From NCBI GenBank assembly GCA_977018835.1, contig OZ361258.1, forward strand, positions 310,001 through 374,000: a DNA stretch of 64,000 nt. Reading direction: 5' to 3'. Below are positions 23,470 to 35,495 of this stretch, piece after piece; the stretch's first letter is position 1, and each line of letters begins with the position of its first letter. Source of the DNA: Minutocellus sp. GHC0000111. Its lineage: Eukaryota. The notes beneath the pieces are model-generated. The model did not search any database. It had not been told where the DNA came from and was given only the letters and a program-made list of their open reading frames with translations. Both the position numbers and the translations under genes were made by a program.

Positions 23470-26400
23470 CTAGCTGTAGTAATATGCGCAGTCGCAGCAG
23501 TTGATACTAGTGTACCAGATTTGGAACTGATCGAAGGGAAACGAGCCCTTTAATCCGAAGGCAGTCAATATACCGTCAATGACACCACCTATCAATGGAT
23601 TGGAACATGTACCGCCGCCAGTGGGAGGATCACCCCTAGCGGCACAAGTTGCATTGAGAAGAGTGCAGGTTTCGATAGAAGGCACAGCAAATCCGCTAGA
23701 AGTGCAAGTTTGAACTACAGGAGTGCCGATGTAAGGGGTCTGAGTTCCAAATAAGTACTGGCCAAAGACGGAAAGAGGATTAATTTCCGAGTTTATGAAT
23801 GGTGTGAAGAGAAGGTTGTAGATGAGGAACATCTGGAGGGGGAGACTGAACTGATATGACTTGAATGAGATGCCAAAGACATCGAGTTGGTTGGACCTGT
23901 AAATCGTAGTAATGTCACGGCTCCCACCGTCCTCACTGCTTGAAGCCTCGCAGTTGGTTTGAGGACAATCCTGAAGGCCAATGGCACCTCCGGAGTAAGC
24001 ACCCCATCCAATAGCCGTGCAACCATCTGGTGCGCTTCGAGGCTCACCAAGGGTTGACCAATTACCTCTAGGCACACCACCGATAACTTTAAAGAAGAAC
24101 TCAGAACCATTTCGGAACTTGTATCCCTGCGGAGTTACGGCGGCTGCCCCTGCACGAACATAGTGGTCCTCGTAGAGCTTTGTCCAGGCCCCCGAGGCCA
24201 TAAAGCCAGAACCTTGACCTAGCCAAGGGGAGGGAGTTCCCGGGCTGTAGTAAAACTCAACATTTGCTTGAATTCCAGAAAGGAATCGAGCATAGGGGTT
24301 TCCAACGGGGCTCACGTTATCGAGTAAGTCTTCCAAAAAGAGCTCTCTCAAATCACGAACATCAAAGAGCGTTGGTTCGACCGTCAAAGCAACAGCATCA
24401 TTGTTGAATACTGGTGATTCAAAGGGATCGATCGAACCGGGATTGAACCAGTGATTCTCATCAATATCGAGAGGGTCCATGATTGTTTGCTGGATGTAAT
24501 CAAGGATATTGCTGTAGAAATGTCCGTCGATGGTAACGTCAGTCCCAAAGTACTCCGAGATAGAGAGTGTAATGAGATCGTGGTCAGAGTTGTAGGGGGC
24601 AACGTTTCCAAGAGTTTCAGCGCTAATGACTTGTGGATCAACAGGAAGGCCGACATCGGCAAGCAAGGGGATCGCTTCAAACACAGACGCATAATCTTCA
24701 ACCGCTGTCCTTGGATTCTGTAGGTTGTCGAGGCAAAATGAATCAAGACCAAACAAATTGCGCAGGGGCACCCTCCCTGTAATCGTCAAAAGGAGAACGT
24801 TGATATGTATAGACGAAGAAAAAAGAGTTTTCAGCGGTATGTACAACGGAAGACAAGCAAACCGAGCAACGGCAACAATAGAATGAAAGCCGAACATACC
24901 AGCGAGGGGGAAGCTAGGTCCACAAGGTTCATCAGGGTCTAGAAAGTGCTGCCGGATCAAGGCATGGATCAAATCGTCTTGACCATCGGTAATTGAATCT
25001 GGAATACCACCAATGATTGATCCAAGACCAGGAAGCGATGTGAGGACCCCCCATAGAAGCCGCGGAACTGTAGGAGGAGGAAGCGCAATCGAATCTCTGG
25101 CGTCTCCAAGAGGCCCAATAAGATGCGAAAGTAGAGCATGAATGACAATGTCAACTGTAGGAAGTTGATTGGACGCAAAATGTCTCAGAGCGAAGATGGA
25201 AGGAATGGCGCTGACAGTGTCGAGAGAGGCCTCTGTGATGTCGTCATTTCTAATGCTTTCGTTGGTTGGTCTTGTCTTTATAAACTTTGGGAGGTTTCCG
25301 TTTGGAGCAAACATTGAGCGAAGAATGGGCAGATCCGAAATGGTGCAGGCGGACATCGGGTCACAAATATTATCGCGCGTGCATTCATCCGTTTTCGTTA
25401 GGAAATCTTCATTGCCTGTGCCAATGCCATTGTAACGGAAATCGTTCGACGGGTCACAATATCTCTCGAAGAGGTGCTCACGAAGCTTCTCATCGCACTC
25501 GAATCGATCAAGAATGATCTGGGTTTGGATCTTGGCGTTGGAGCCTGATAAATATAGATCGACGACAACGGAAGGTAAGGGAAGATGAGCGACGGAAGAA
25601 TGAGAGATTAGGCGGGAGGCGGAAAAACCCTGCTGCATACATGTATTCGATCGACATAATTGTAGAATAACTCACCAAGAAAGTTCAAACTGTCCTCAGT
25701 AATTTCGTCACAGGTGAATGAATTCTCCACGCCTCCGCTCACAAATGCCTCAAATTCATTTTCGCAAGTATCCTTTTTGCTCTTGCCAGATCGAAGACTC
25801 TTGGACATTCTCGACTTGCCTGATCTGCCAGATTTGCTCTTGGACCCCCCACCAAGTATTTCATCGAGGAAATCGCCGAGATTCTCCCCGATACCAGATG
25901 CACTCTTGCTTCTGCTGCCTCCACTAATCTTCACCGAGCCCGAGCCGCTCTTCTTGCTTCCACCAGACGTCTTACTCCTACGGCTTCGGTCATTGACGTC
26001 GGGGAAGTTGCATTTGCCGTCGCAGTCATCCTCACAAATTTCAACGCCGGTGGTGACACGGATAGAAGCAAACGATTTATCCACGAGGTTATTCTCGTAA
26101 GAGAGCAATCTTTGAATGCCGGCCTCAAAAGGTTCGAAGGCATCTTGAAAGTCAGACGAAGAAAATTGATAAAATTTGGGATCGGCCAGAGAACGTTGTC
26201 ATTAGTGAAGCCAAAAATATTCACGACATTGTTGGAGTCGTACGGATTCTCTTCCAGCAGGTAGTCCAGACTCATAACAGCTCTCCCCGCCTCTAGGGTA
26301 GGGGCTCCACGCAGACCAAGGATCGTAGCCGCGAAATCCAAATTTCCCGCCGGGAGGGATGGTAGAGTACCCTTGGAAATGGAGTTGAAGTATGCCCGGA

Positions 26401-27819
26401 AAAGGATTGGGATGAATGGAAGAAAAGAACTGGCGATGCAGATGGCAAATTCCTCTTGATTGATAGAACCACCAGAACCCGATAGGATGATCTCTACACC
26501 GCAGAGGCGGAAGCGGCTGGGAAGGCTAGCAAAGTAAGAATACGAATCGATCTGAAGGATGTCGTTCGGGCGAGGCATCTCGCCAAGGAATTGGACACGC
26601 CACAGCTCGTCGAGGATCTGGATCAGGATGCGGAACATGGAAGTGGCGGTGTAGGACAGGCTGTCGTACACGAGACAGAGGATGGTGAGCTCGTTCTCAG
26701 AAAGGAGTCCCTCGATGGCCTCCGGGAGGAAGAGAAGAAATTCATCGAGGGCCCCAAGCAGTATGGCAACGGGATTGAGACCAGCCTGCAGTCTGCGGCC
26801 GTCCGAGCTGGTGAGTTTCTTGAACTCTGTGATGAGTTTGTTTAGAAGATTCTGAACGGCAAGGTGGAAAAGACAAAAACTCAAAAGATGAGATGAATTG
26901 CGTGTGTGTGCGTATACATGCTTCTTATCAGTGTACAGTGTAAGGGCGAGAAGAAAAAGCAAGTTCGGCTCGACTCGTTCAATCACAGCATACGTACCTC
27001 GGCCTCACCCAGTAGGGCATCGGCAATGTTGTTCACCTCGGGACTGTCCATCGTCATGGTCATGTTGGTTCCCTCCATCGCTCCGACGATGACATTCTTC
27101 ATGGGCGTCATGGCGACATCGTGCATGACGGACATTTCGGCCTGCCTGGACGCTTCACCCTCCGGCGAGAAGAGCACCAGCAGGACCGGAATGACAGTGA
27201 AGGCCAGCACCAGGATATCCGAGTCTTCACCAAAGATGGCCCCGAGGACGCCGAAGATGGCGCTGATGAGGATGTCCTCACTGCTACTTGTAGGGTTGGT
27301 GCCAGGGACCTGGCCCTGACCAATAGCGGCAAGATTGATGATAATCTTTTCCTCTGCCGCCGGAACCGACTGCAGGTCACGATTACGGGAGGGGCCACCT
27401 CTGTTGGCGATGGACGAGCGAAAGGCACCGTAGACGTCGTCCCAGTGCTCGAGGACGACGCCAAGGCCCTTGCGGATATCGCCGAGCGTTTCGGCGGTCA
27501 TCGGCCCAATCTTCATGTCGGCGCCGGCATTGGTATCATCGACCCTGATCTCGTTGTCGTGTTCTTTCAGCATATCAGCGATGGCATCGTGCGTTTGGAG
27601 GCCTTTAGCGCCGTCTGCGCCAGACAGCGACGCGAGCCAATTGACTTTGCTGCGGGGGAGGAATGCCCCTTCGAAGCTGGCGGCCAACGCCTCCATCTGC
27701 GAAGCAACGTCCACGTCCTGGTGCTGCTGTCCAAAGACGGCCGCCGGAAGAAGAAGGACGGCCAAAATGGTCGACCAGCTCACGAAGGAGGCGAGGTTGT
27801 TGTGCCCGAGAAACATCAT
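23470..27819 (-). CDS. Very large secreted protein (RxL sites, K/S/G-rich tract, C-terminal beta-lactamase/serine-hydrolase-like region); introns 26852-26997 and 25545-25675; unresolved frameshift or intron at ~26140-26200
   Basis: Signal peptide; NRDLQ and GRRLQ motifs. The GTACGT..TTCAG and GTGAGT..ATCAG introns restore the frame. The C-terminus has PYNSDHDLI..LDYIQQTIMDPLDI..GSGFMAS..GWGAYSG. Confidence 0.65.
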
Positions 27820-28616
27820 GCTTTTTGCTTCCTACTAGTCTAGTATAAGTGTGCACGCTTGTTCCCTGTATCGCGATGTGTCGTACTTCGCAACGCGGAG
27901 ATTTGTGCAAGTCAGTCGTCAAAAGAGCAAGCAGCAGCTTCCGTCGCGTTGTGCTACCTTTTGGAACTTGGAAACGCAAAATAATGCACAATACCGACGT
28001 CGATTGACTGGTCCTTGCTCGCTTTGCCTGCCTTGATGGAATGCCGAGCGAGCGCATCTTTCTCAGCGCGTTGGCGCGAGAAGAATCTCCAAGATACTTG
28101 TTCATCATCCGATGATTTCGGCGTCTTGGCCCGCAACGGAAGCCCATTCCATCTGCAAAATTTGGATTGAGTTCCTTACTTATGCGATACTTGCTTCTCT
28201 GGGCGGGTGCTACAATGTATGTAGGCGACCCGTTTGCGCTCTTTGACGATCAGTCACAAACTTCAATGTGTTATCAGTGTGTGAGGGCACATGATGACGA
28301 GCCGTTTGCGCTCAAATGCAAAATCGCGGTCTGCGCTTTTTGTCATTTTTCCTCAAAGAACACTTTTTGAGAGTTCGTCGCGCAAACCCTCACGAGCAAT
28401 TCGGGGTTAGGATTTCTTTGGGTTCGCAACTTCGCATTGCTGTGACTTGACTTGACGCTGATGTATGAAGCACGAAGCAATCACGCCAAATCAGCCCCAT
28501 GAGAAGCATAACGCATCGCCTCTCTATTGAAACAGAAAGATTGCAAGCACCGTAGTACTCACAGCAACTTCAAAATAACGTGCGAAGCGAAATAATAGAT
28601 TAGAAATCGATCGTCG

Positions 28617-29451
28617 ATGTTTGAGCATTTCAGCATCATCGCCGTCTTCCTCACTCTTCTTGTCTTCAAGGTAGAGAGTGTGACCGTTCCCTGGGGGGAC
28701 TTCTGCGGAACTGATCACATGAAGACATACAAGCGCAAACAGGTGGGTTATGTCGTTTGCTGTCTCGGACAATCACCTCATATTATATCTCAAAGGCAAA
28801 TCTTCTTTTATTTCGACAAGCACCTCATATCATATCTAACTCAAATCGTCTTTCTCTCCGAATCACCTAATTTATCAAATCTCCCAGTGCCACCCAATCA
28901 AGTTCTATCACTCAACTTGTACGTTTGACGGTGCAAGCGAGGCAAAGCACGAACTATTCGAATTCCCAAATCAGTATACATACCTCAATAACATAAAGAA
29001 TGCAGCAACCCAGCTCAAGGAGCTGACTCTTCCGAGCGAAGAGACCGACCCCGTCTTCCTCGTTGGAGGTGATGATTACAAAACGGTCACAAGGTACTTT
29101 GGTTGCAACGGCAATCACGCGAGTGGGGACGGTGTTCGAGCATCTGTCAAGACCAACCCCGACTTTGTTCAGCGCTTTGCAGGTTATCGTTGCGGCAGCC
29201 GAAGCCCAACTCGTACACAGCGATTTCGGGGCAGAAAAAACGAGAAGAAATGCAAGAAACTATGCGAGAAAAAGAACGGTTGCATCGCATACGAATACCA
29301 CTTTCGACGCGTTCGACAACGAGGACGCATTGTCCGAATGAATACGTGCAAGACTTACAATGCCCCCTACTATCCTGATCGTGGCCGACGCAACCGATAC
29401 TCTACATGTGCCATTGCCAGAAAGTCTTGTATCGAGGCACCTGGAGCTTGA
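28617..29451 (+). CDS. Small secreted Cys-rich protein with a C-terminal PAN/apple-like domain; exons 28617-28742 and 28888-29451 (not seen intact in the ORF track)
   Basis: Signal peptide MFEHFSIIAVFLTLLVFKVES; phase-0 intron GTGGGT..CCCAG; exon 2 is open for 188 codons and includes KKCKKLCEKKNGCIAYEY..CKTY. Confidence 0.7.
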
Positions 29452-29725
29452 GGCGAGTGTTATGCCATTTTGCCAGAAAAATATTGTATAAAAATGAAGC
29501 GTTGAGAGAGATCGTATGCATTCAAGATGTGATAATTCATAAATCGACCAGAAGAATACATGGCTTAGATCGCCGAGGGAAACATTCAACAAATAAATTT
29601 ATATAGTTTGCATACAGTTTAGAGGATCTCTTTTCCAATGATCACAATCTTATCGACTACGGATGCACCCGGCGAATCTCACGCAATGCAAACATACATC
29701 ATGCCACGCCGAAACGTATGTACGC

Positions 29726-30370
29726 TCACGCAGCATTTGGATTGTGAAGCTTGGCCTCCGGGCTCATGAGGAAGTTGCCCCACTTCCGGTCCGTGTGCGC
29801 AAACCAAAGCATTAGAGTGACCAAGGCGATTGTTGTAACGAGTGCCGACGCATAATATCTTGCCGATTCGTGATTCCAAAAGACAACCCACCCAATCTGT
29901 GCCAGCACGCACAAAAACAACGGAACGCCCAGTCCGAACGCTCTGAGGGCAAGTTGCCAGTCACTTTCGCATCGCTTTCTCCAGAAATCCGTGAAGGGAG
30001 TTTCTCTCTTCACACAATCATATCGCAATATTGCCACCAGGATGTACGTGGCGTTGAGCATCGCTATGAGCATCAGACTGACAACGCCCGCCGTTGTACA
30101 GCCAAATGTTACCAACAACCCCGGACTCAAATCGGCCGGTATTTGTATCTCCACCAGAACCACCATGGAAAAGCCGGCAATGAGGGCCGACTGACGACTC
30201 ACAGCCTTGAGCTGCTGAGCTTTCTCGTCGACCGACCGTCGTGCATCGTCAATAGCCCGCCGCTCATTCTCCAACGCTCGTTGCTTCATGTCTTCCTCCC
30301 GGCATTTGACCTCCCATGCCATATCAGCCATATCCATGCCGGCCGAGAGGCTGAACAGACCGGTTGCCAT
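29726..30370 (-). CDS. ORAI: Orai/CRAC-like calcium channel pore subunit
   Basis: KAQQLKAVSRQSALIAGFSMVVLVEIQI matches Orai TM1 ([25 protein letters not shown]). Four TM segments; probable start MATGLFS at 30370. Confidence 0.85.
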   Translation of the reverse strand: MATGLFSLSAGMDMADMAWEVKCREEDMKQRALENERRAIDDARRSVDEKAQQLKAVSRQSALIAGFSMVVLVEIQIPADLSPGLLVTFGCTTAGVVSLMLIAMLNATYILVAILRYDCVKRETPFTDFWRKRCESDWQLALRAFGLGVPLFLCVLAQIGWVVFWNHESARYYASALVTTIALVTLMLWFAHTDRKWGNFLMSPEAKLHNPNAA

Positions 30371-30809
30371 GGTACTAATTGATAATTTGCAAAGGGGCTC
30401 TGGTTTGCACGAATTTCTTGTGGGACGGGAGCAGTGGCAACGAGGAACAGCCAAGTGATGTGCCTTCCGCTCGAGAGATGCTTGGTGGCGACCTGATTTC
30501 GCAATGTCGAAGCCAGCCCCCAACAGACGACTATACCGTGCCGAGAGTATTCGATCGGTGGAGGGCCGTCGAACGGGAGCCGCGTTCGTGAGGAAGGAAG
30601 AATCGCTTGATGCGCTCGTGTTGTTTTTGTGCCGCGGCGTGCCGGAATGAGCAAAATCCGGGTTACTTGAAGAGAATTTTCGTCTGATCTGCGACTGCAT
30701 CCACCCATCCGTTCGCTGTTCCTCGTACTCATCATTCCGGCCCTGCCATATGCATGAAGCAGACTGCTCGGCAAAAAGCTTCCTTGCTACCTGCTCTTCG
30801 AGTCCCAAC

Positions 30810-32066
30810 ATGAAGGATACAGGCGCCAAGAAGCGCAAGGCAGGACCCTCGGAGGCATCGTGCCGGCCGGCGAAACGACCAGCCGTCCAAATCACACCTC
30901 AAGCCAAACTTGCGGTAGGACCAGCCACGGCCAACGCAAAGCAGGCTTCGGCCGACGAGATACCGGTTTCCGTTTGGGGCCACGTGATGGATTATCTACC
31001 CTACACTGATGTGCTGCAATGCCTGCTGGTGAATAGGACTTTATCATTCGAGACCCCGAAGTTTGTTGTCAGGTTGACAATATTCAGATCATGCGAACTA
31101 CAGACACTGCCTCTCTTCCGGACTTGTCGGCGTTTCGAGAATGTTTCTGAAATTAACATAGTTTGCCTTCTCGACGACGTTACTCACTGGGATGGCGAGA
31201 ATCCAGGACAAACACTGAATTGAGATACAGTGGATCGTCTCGTGCCATTTCTCGAGTGCTTCCCAAAGTTAAAATATTGCTTTTGCGGAGGTTGGGATTT
31301 CAAGTCATCAAGGGAAGTCTCTTATAGCATGGTAATCTGCAGTGGCCCAAAAGATCATGTGAGCAGATATCGAAAACTGATGCTTCATTTTGCATCTGCG
31401 TTTGAGAGAGGGTCGCTGCCACTGTTCTTGGGCTTGACGGGTGTGCTTGATTGCATTGATACTGAACGGACTTGCCGAGCAAAGGACGTAAACAACGAGT
31501 GCACCTTCTGTAGCCGAATCTGCTCTACGTTCCCACTCAATTGTTTGTTGGAGTTGTACAATGATTGCTTTGACTCTTGCTTAGACAGTCATAGATTATT
31601 TCAACTCATCCGTCAGAGAAAGTGGTCAGCTAAATGTCTTGAAATGTCTTCAAGTGAGTTTTGTTCACCGAAAACGGTCTGCCTGGGACGAGTTGCTGTG
31701 AACGAGACGTATCGGAAAGAGCTGATCAAAAGGATGGCATTCGATCCGAATCACATCTACTTTCTCTCAAAAGTACAACTTGAGAGGATCAGATTTATGG
31801 TTGATATTGGAATTGACATCGGAACATGGGGCGAGACGCCAAAGGATGCGACGAAAGAGCACCTTCTTGAACAAATGGAGGGATTTTTCCCTCTATCCAA
31901 GTGGGGGTTCGCTCGGACGAAGTCCACTTTCGACACTTTGGTTCAACTTGGATACCCGTTTGACGAGTCAGATTTTATTCTCGTTGATGAATTGTCGGAT
32001 ACTCTTTTCAAGGACTTGCAATTTGCGGATAAACTACACACCATGGCATGGAAGGAGGATTCGTAA
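30810..32066 (+). pseudogene. F-box-like lineage-specific protein with an in-frame TGA at 31221-31223
   Basis: IPVSVWGHVMDYLPYTDVLQCLLVNR F-box-like motif. ORFs 30750..31223 and 31230..32066 are in the same frame. Paralogue at 62109-63031. Confidence 0.7.
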
Positions 32067-32248
32067 CGTTGCTTACGGTGCTTCAGCGGTATGAGATATG
32101 AGATACGGTCACAATTGCAGCGAATCAGTGACCTTTTAATCTCATGTACAGTAAAGCTACATGTATTTACAGAACTAGACTCAAATGTTAGCTCGCTAGC
32201 TCGACCACTGCATTTGACACTCAAAACTATTTTAAATTTAGACTCTAC

Positions 32249-34012
32249 TTAGGTGCGGTTCAAAGAAGAAAATAGGAAAATAAGACTGGCAAGGGCAGTG
32301 TATGTGTGGAGGATAATTGAGGATTGTTCCAGACAAAAGGATTGCGCAGCCGCTGATGTTGCCGATGCTGGTACCGCATCCATCTCTTCGCCTTTGCAGC
32401 ATGAAAGATTTAGGTCTCGCTTTGTTTTGTCGCTACAAGGAACCAATGATTCGGAGTACAGTATTTCCCCGCATAGCCATCCCCCCTTCCAAAGTTTGCT
32501 ACCGACCACCACATCTCTCAAGACCTTGCTGTATTCAAAGGACGAAGCTGATGGGTCGCTGGTAGTACCTGCATCAATGGGACATCCTATATCACAGAGC
32601 GCAGCGGGAGGGTCGGGGCATCCGCAAAGCACACCAGCCGTAGCCTGCATGGCCTTGCATTCTCTCGACGCAGAGCTAAACGAGGTCAGGGCCTGCCATT
32701 CAAAGATACCGCAGGTGGATGACGCATCTTTCGGATTGACGAGGATGGTCGGGTCGATGAGAACGGGCTGCCCGGCGACATCGAACTGACAAAGGTAGAA
32801 CGGGGGTTCCTCGAAATTTCCAATTCCCTCCTGCAGGTGTGGGCAGCCGCAGTCAAATATCGAGATGGCCTGCAAGTGGTTGCAGGTGTCCATCGGGATC
32901 ATTCCAGACTCGGCAGCTTCTTTCAATCCCGAGCAGGTCGATCCGAAGGCCGTCAGGGAGGAGTCCAACCTTGGAGATGCTTTGAGCGAATCGAAAGCTG
33001 CAGAGACACTGTCCGGTTCGGGAAGATTGCTGCCATCGGGACAAACGGAACATTGGACCAAGTTGTCATCGAAAACATTATTATCTACCGGTAGATCAAG
33101 GGTAGAGGAAGAGGGAGGAAAAGGCACAGGCGTAGGCACGGGGTTCGGCGGTGGTGTCTCGATGCCAGTTGGTACGTCAGTGTACGAGTAGTAGTACGAT
33201 TCTTCAATGTTCTGCAGGCACGCATCGATTTGGGATGGGTCGCCATCGCAGCAATCTTTGTAGGCGGTCAGATAGCCGACGTATTGGCATGTTAGGGCCC
33301 CATAATTCGTAGCAAAGCCCCCCTGGCTGCAAACTTGACGAGACGCCTCCAGCTGGCCCGCCCAGTACTCGCAGTAGCACTCGGCGCAGTCCGTACTGGT
33401 GGAAAGCTTGTAGTTGCAATAGGAAGATGGGTATTCTGCTTCGTCATAAAAATCCTTGCTTCTGAGACACTGATAAAACGCCGCCGAGTGACATGAGAGG
33501 AGGGGGTAGATTTCCGGCTGGTTGGGATTCGCACAGTTGGCGACGTACGATCCGTCCAGACAGGATGCGGCGATGGCGCTGCGACACGTCGCAGCGCTAA
33601 GCTTGTCGGTTGGATTGCTGCGGTCGAAGCAGTCGCATATTGTCTTTGGACATTCGGCGGGACAGGAACTTCCGCCGAATTGAAGTGAGCGGTGCACAAA
33701 CGATGGAGCAGTACTTTGCTGCACATCGTCGCCGCCGGCCGCCATCGTCGGCACGCAACGGCCGCCCAGCGCAGACGATTCGGTGGGGATGCACGTGTAT
33801 CCGACTGGGCAGGCCGAGGGATCATCGTTGGACGCAAGCAAAAGTCCAACATCTACATTTTCCTCGTCAACTTCCTCCGCCGAGAACATGTCGGAACTGT
33901 CGGCACCATCGGAATATTCCTCATGAATCTCTCCACCAAGAACGCACTCGACGCCTCGACGCCCAATTGTCCTTGACTTGTACCTGTTTCTTCTGGTCAT
34001 ACTCTGCACCAA
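32249..34012 (-). CDS. Cys-rich extracellular, probably GPI/C-anchored protein; N-terminus apparently damaged or missing
   Basis: 587-aa ORF with many CxxC/CGC repeats, an RSLQ motif, a Pro-rich linker and a hydrophobic C-terminal tail. No signal peptide is in frame, and the gene abuts the repeat at 34090. Confidence 0.7.
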   Translation of the reverse strand: MVQSMTRRNRYKSRTIGRRGVECVLGGEIHEEYSDGADSSDMFSAEEVDEENVDVGLLLASNDDPSACPVGYTCIPTESSALGGRCVPTMAAGGDDVQQSTAPSFVHRSLQFGGSSCPAECPKTICDCFDRSNPTDKLSAATCRSAIAASCLDGSYVANCANPNQPEIYPLLSCHSAAFYQCLRSKDFYDEAEYPSSYCNYKLSTSTDCAECYCEYWAGQLEASRQVCSQGGFATNYGALTCQYVGYLTAYKDCCDGDPSQIDACLQNIEESYYYSYTDVPTGIETPPPNPVPTPVPFPPSSSTLDLPVDNNVFDDNLVQCSVCPDGSNLPEPDSVSAAFDSLKASPRLDSSLTAFGSTCSGLKEAAESGMIPMDTCNHLQAISIFDCGCPHLQEGIGNFEEPPFYLCQFDVAGQPVLIDPTILVNPKDASSTCGIFEWQALTSFSSASRECKAMQATAGVLCGCPDPPAALCDIGCPIDAGTTSDPSASSFEYSKVLRDVVVGSKLWKGGWLCGEILYSESLVPCSDKTKRDLNLSCCKGEEMDAVPASATSAAAQSFCLEQSSIILHTYTALASLIFLFSSLNRT

Positions 34013-34089
34013 TTCCGATTAGTTGCGTGCTTGCCTGACGGCTTGGAAACCCTCCAAGCACGAAGTTCCGGCATCTTTGCCACCGCGTC

Positions 34090-34374
34090 TCCGCTTTGCT
34101 TTCGCAACTCTGCTCTGCGCTGCTGCTGCCCGCTGCTGCCCGCTGCTGCTCGCTAGCGTAGAGAAAATCAGCCGGGGTTTTCGTCCGTCTGCCGTACGTA
34201 AGCAGATACGTCAGTGGCAACGGCTGAAATGGCCCATCTTGTGAAGTATCGTTGCAACGGTATCCTCTGAGGACCGTTAGCTGAGTTATAGGGCTAGTTA
34301 GCCAAGTACAATTGTATATCGATAGATCTATCAGCTCCGACTGATAGCATTACGCCGCCGGCGAAGTTTCTGTA
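34090..34374. repeat. Direct repeat copy 1 (~285 bp), palindrome-rich
   Basis: Nearly identical to 35496-35786, differing mainly in the (gct)n/cccgctg microsatellite. Confidence 0.95.
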
Positions 34375-34556
34375 AGCGCTCTAATTGGCTCATTTTTCGT
34401 CTGTCCGACCACCCGTCCATCCGTCTTCGCTCTCGCCCTTGCCCCCAGACGAAAGATACGAAGAAAGATTGCAAGGCCAGGCGCAAAGCCAGCAAATAGA
34501 CAATACAGTCTAGCAAGAGGATCCCTACCCGATAAGTCAAATAGGCCACGAGAGAA

Positions 34557-35272
34557 ATGCCAAAGCTCGGCCCGGTCGTCCTACTTTCGCCCCTCTTTTC
34601 TTCGGGCGCTACTGCTGCTCTGGCCGAAGAACAAAAAGATCCTGCTCCACCAAGAACACATGTGCGTCGTCAACAAAGTAGGCGGTACGTGCATGCAACG
34701 GCACGCAGTGCGGATTCATCTAATGATGCTACTCACACTGAAACCCTCAACGTGAACAGCGATGAAGACACGGCCTTCTGGGGTCGTCAACTTGGTGCGA
34801 GCTCGGCGACTGGCATGACTTCTGGTGACGACCCGTCCGCCAAATCGCTTGTTGGCACCTATGAAGATCAGTTTGGCACCATCGTTACCATCGACAAGGA
34901 TTCCATCACCATATCTTACGAATGCTTAGAGGGATACGAAGACTACGCTGCCTCTACCTTCGTGATACTTCCGCAGTACACGGAACCCTTGTCAGATGCA
35001 CCCGAGGGCAGCATGTATGTTGTGGCCTACAACGACAAGAATGAGAACGAAGCGCCTGATACAGGAGAGTATACTCGATTCGATTATGTGCTGGAGACAC
35101 CAGATGGGGCACTGTACTACTGCGAGATTGACTGGGGCGAGCAGAGTGTTGAGACGGCCATTGCTGACGGACTGACGGAACTGGTGCTACCGCCGCGGAC
35201 CCGAACAATTTGGAGAGCGGATGTAACACATATCCCTGGAGCAAGTTGCATCCGTTTAGTGGATCATGCTAG
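34557..35272 (+). pseudogene. Secreted protein with a bacterial-like domain, frameshifted by an 8-bp duplication (35164-35179)
   Basis: Removing one CTGACGGA copy gives 236 codons ending YTRFDY..LYYCEI..ADPNNLESGCNTYPWSKLHPFSGSC*. Confidence 0.7.
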
Positions 35273-35495
35273 TTTACATGTATCTAGCCGCCTCTCTAGC
35301 TCTAAACTGGTACCTGTAGCTCGACCAGTGCATTTATGGCTCAAAAATGAACAAAATAGCAAATTGAATTGTTCCATCCAGAATGCTCGTCATTCAGGAC
35401 AAGGTCGATGGTCTACCTTCTCCAATCAAGACATTGCTCATTCACTCGCACCATCACAATTATCATCGGCGATAACAACTCCACGACCGCCCATG

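Noticed and set aside
30371..30895. 175-aa N-terminal extension of the Orai ORF
   Set aside because: Starts at a non-ATG codon and overlaps the divergent F-box-like gene; most likely a shared promoter region.
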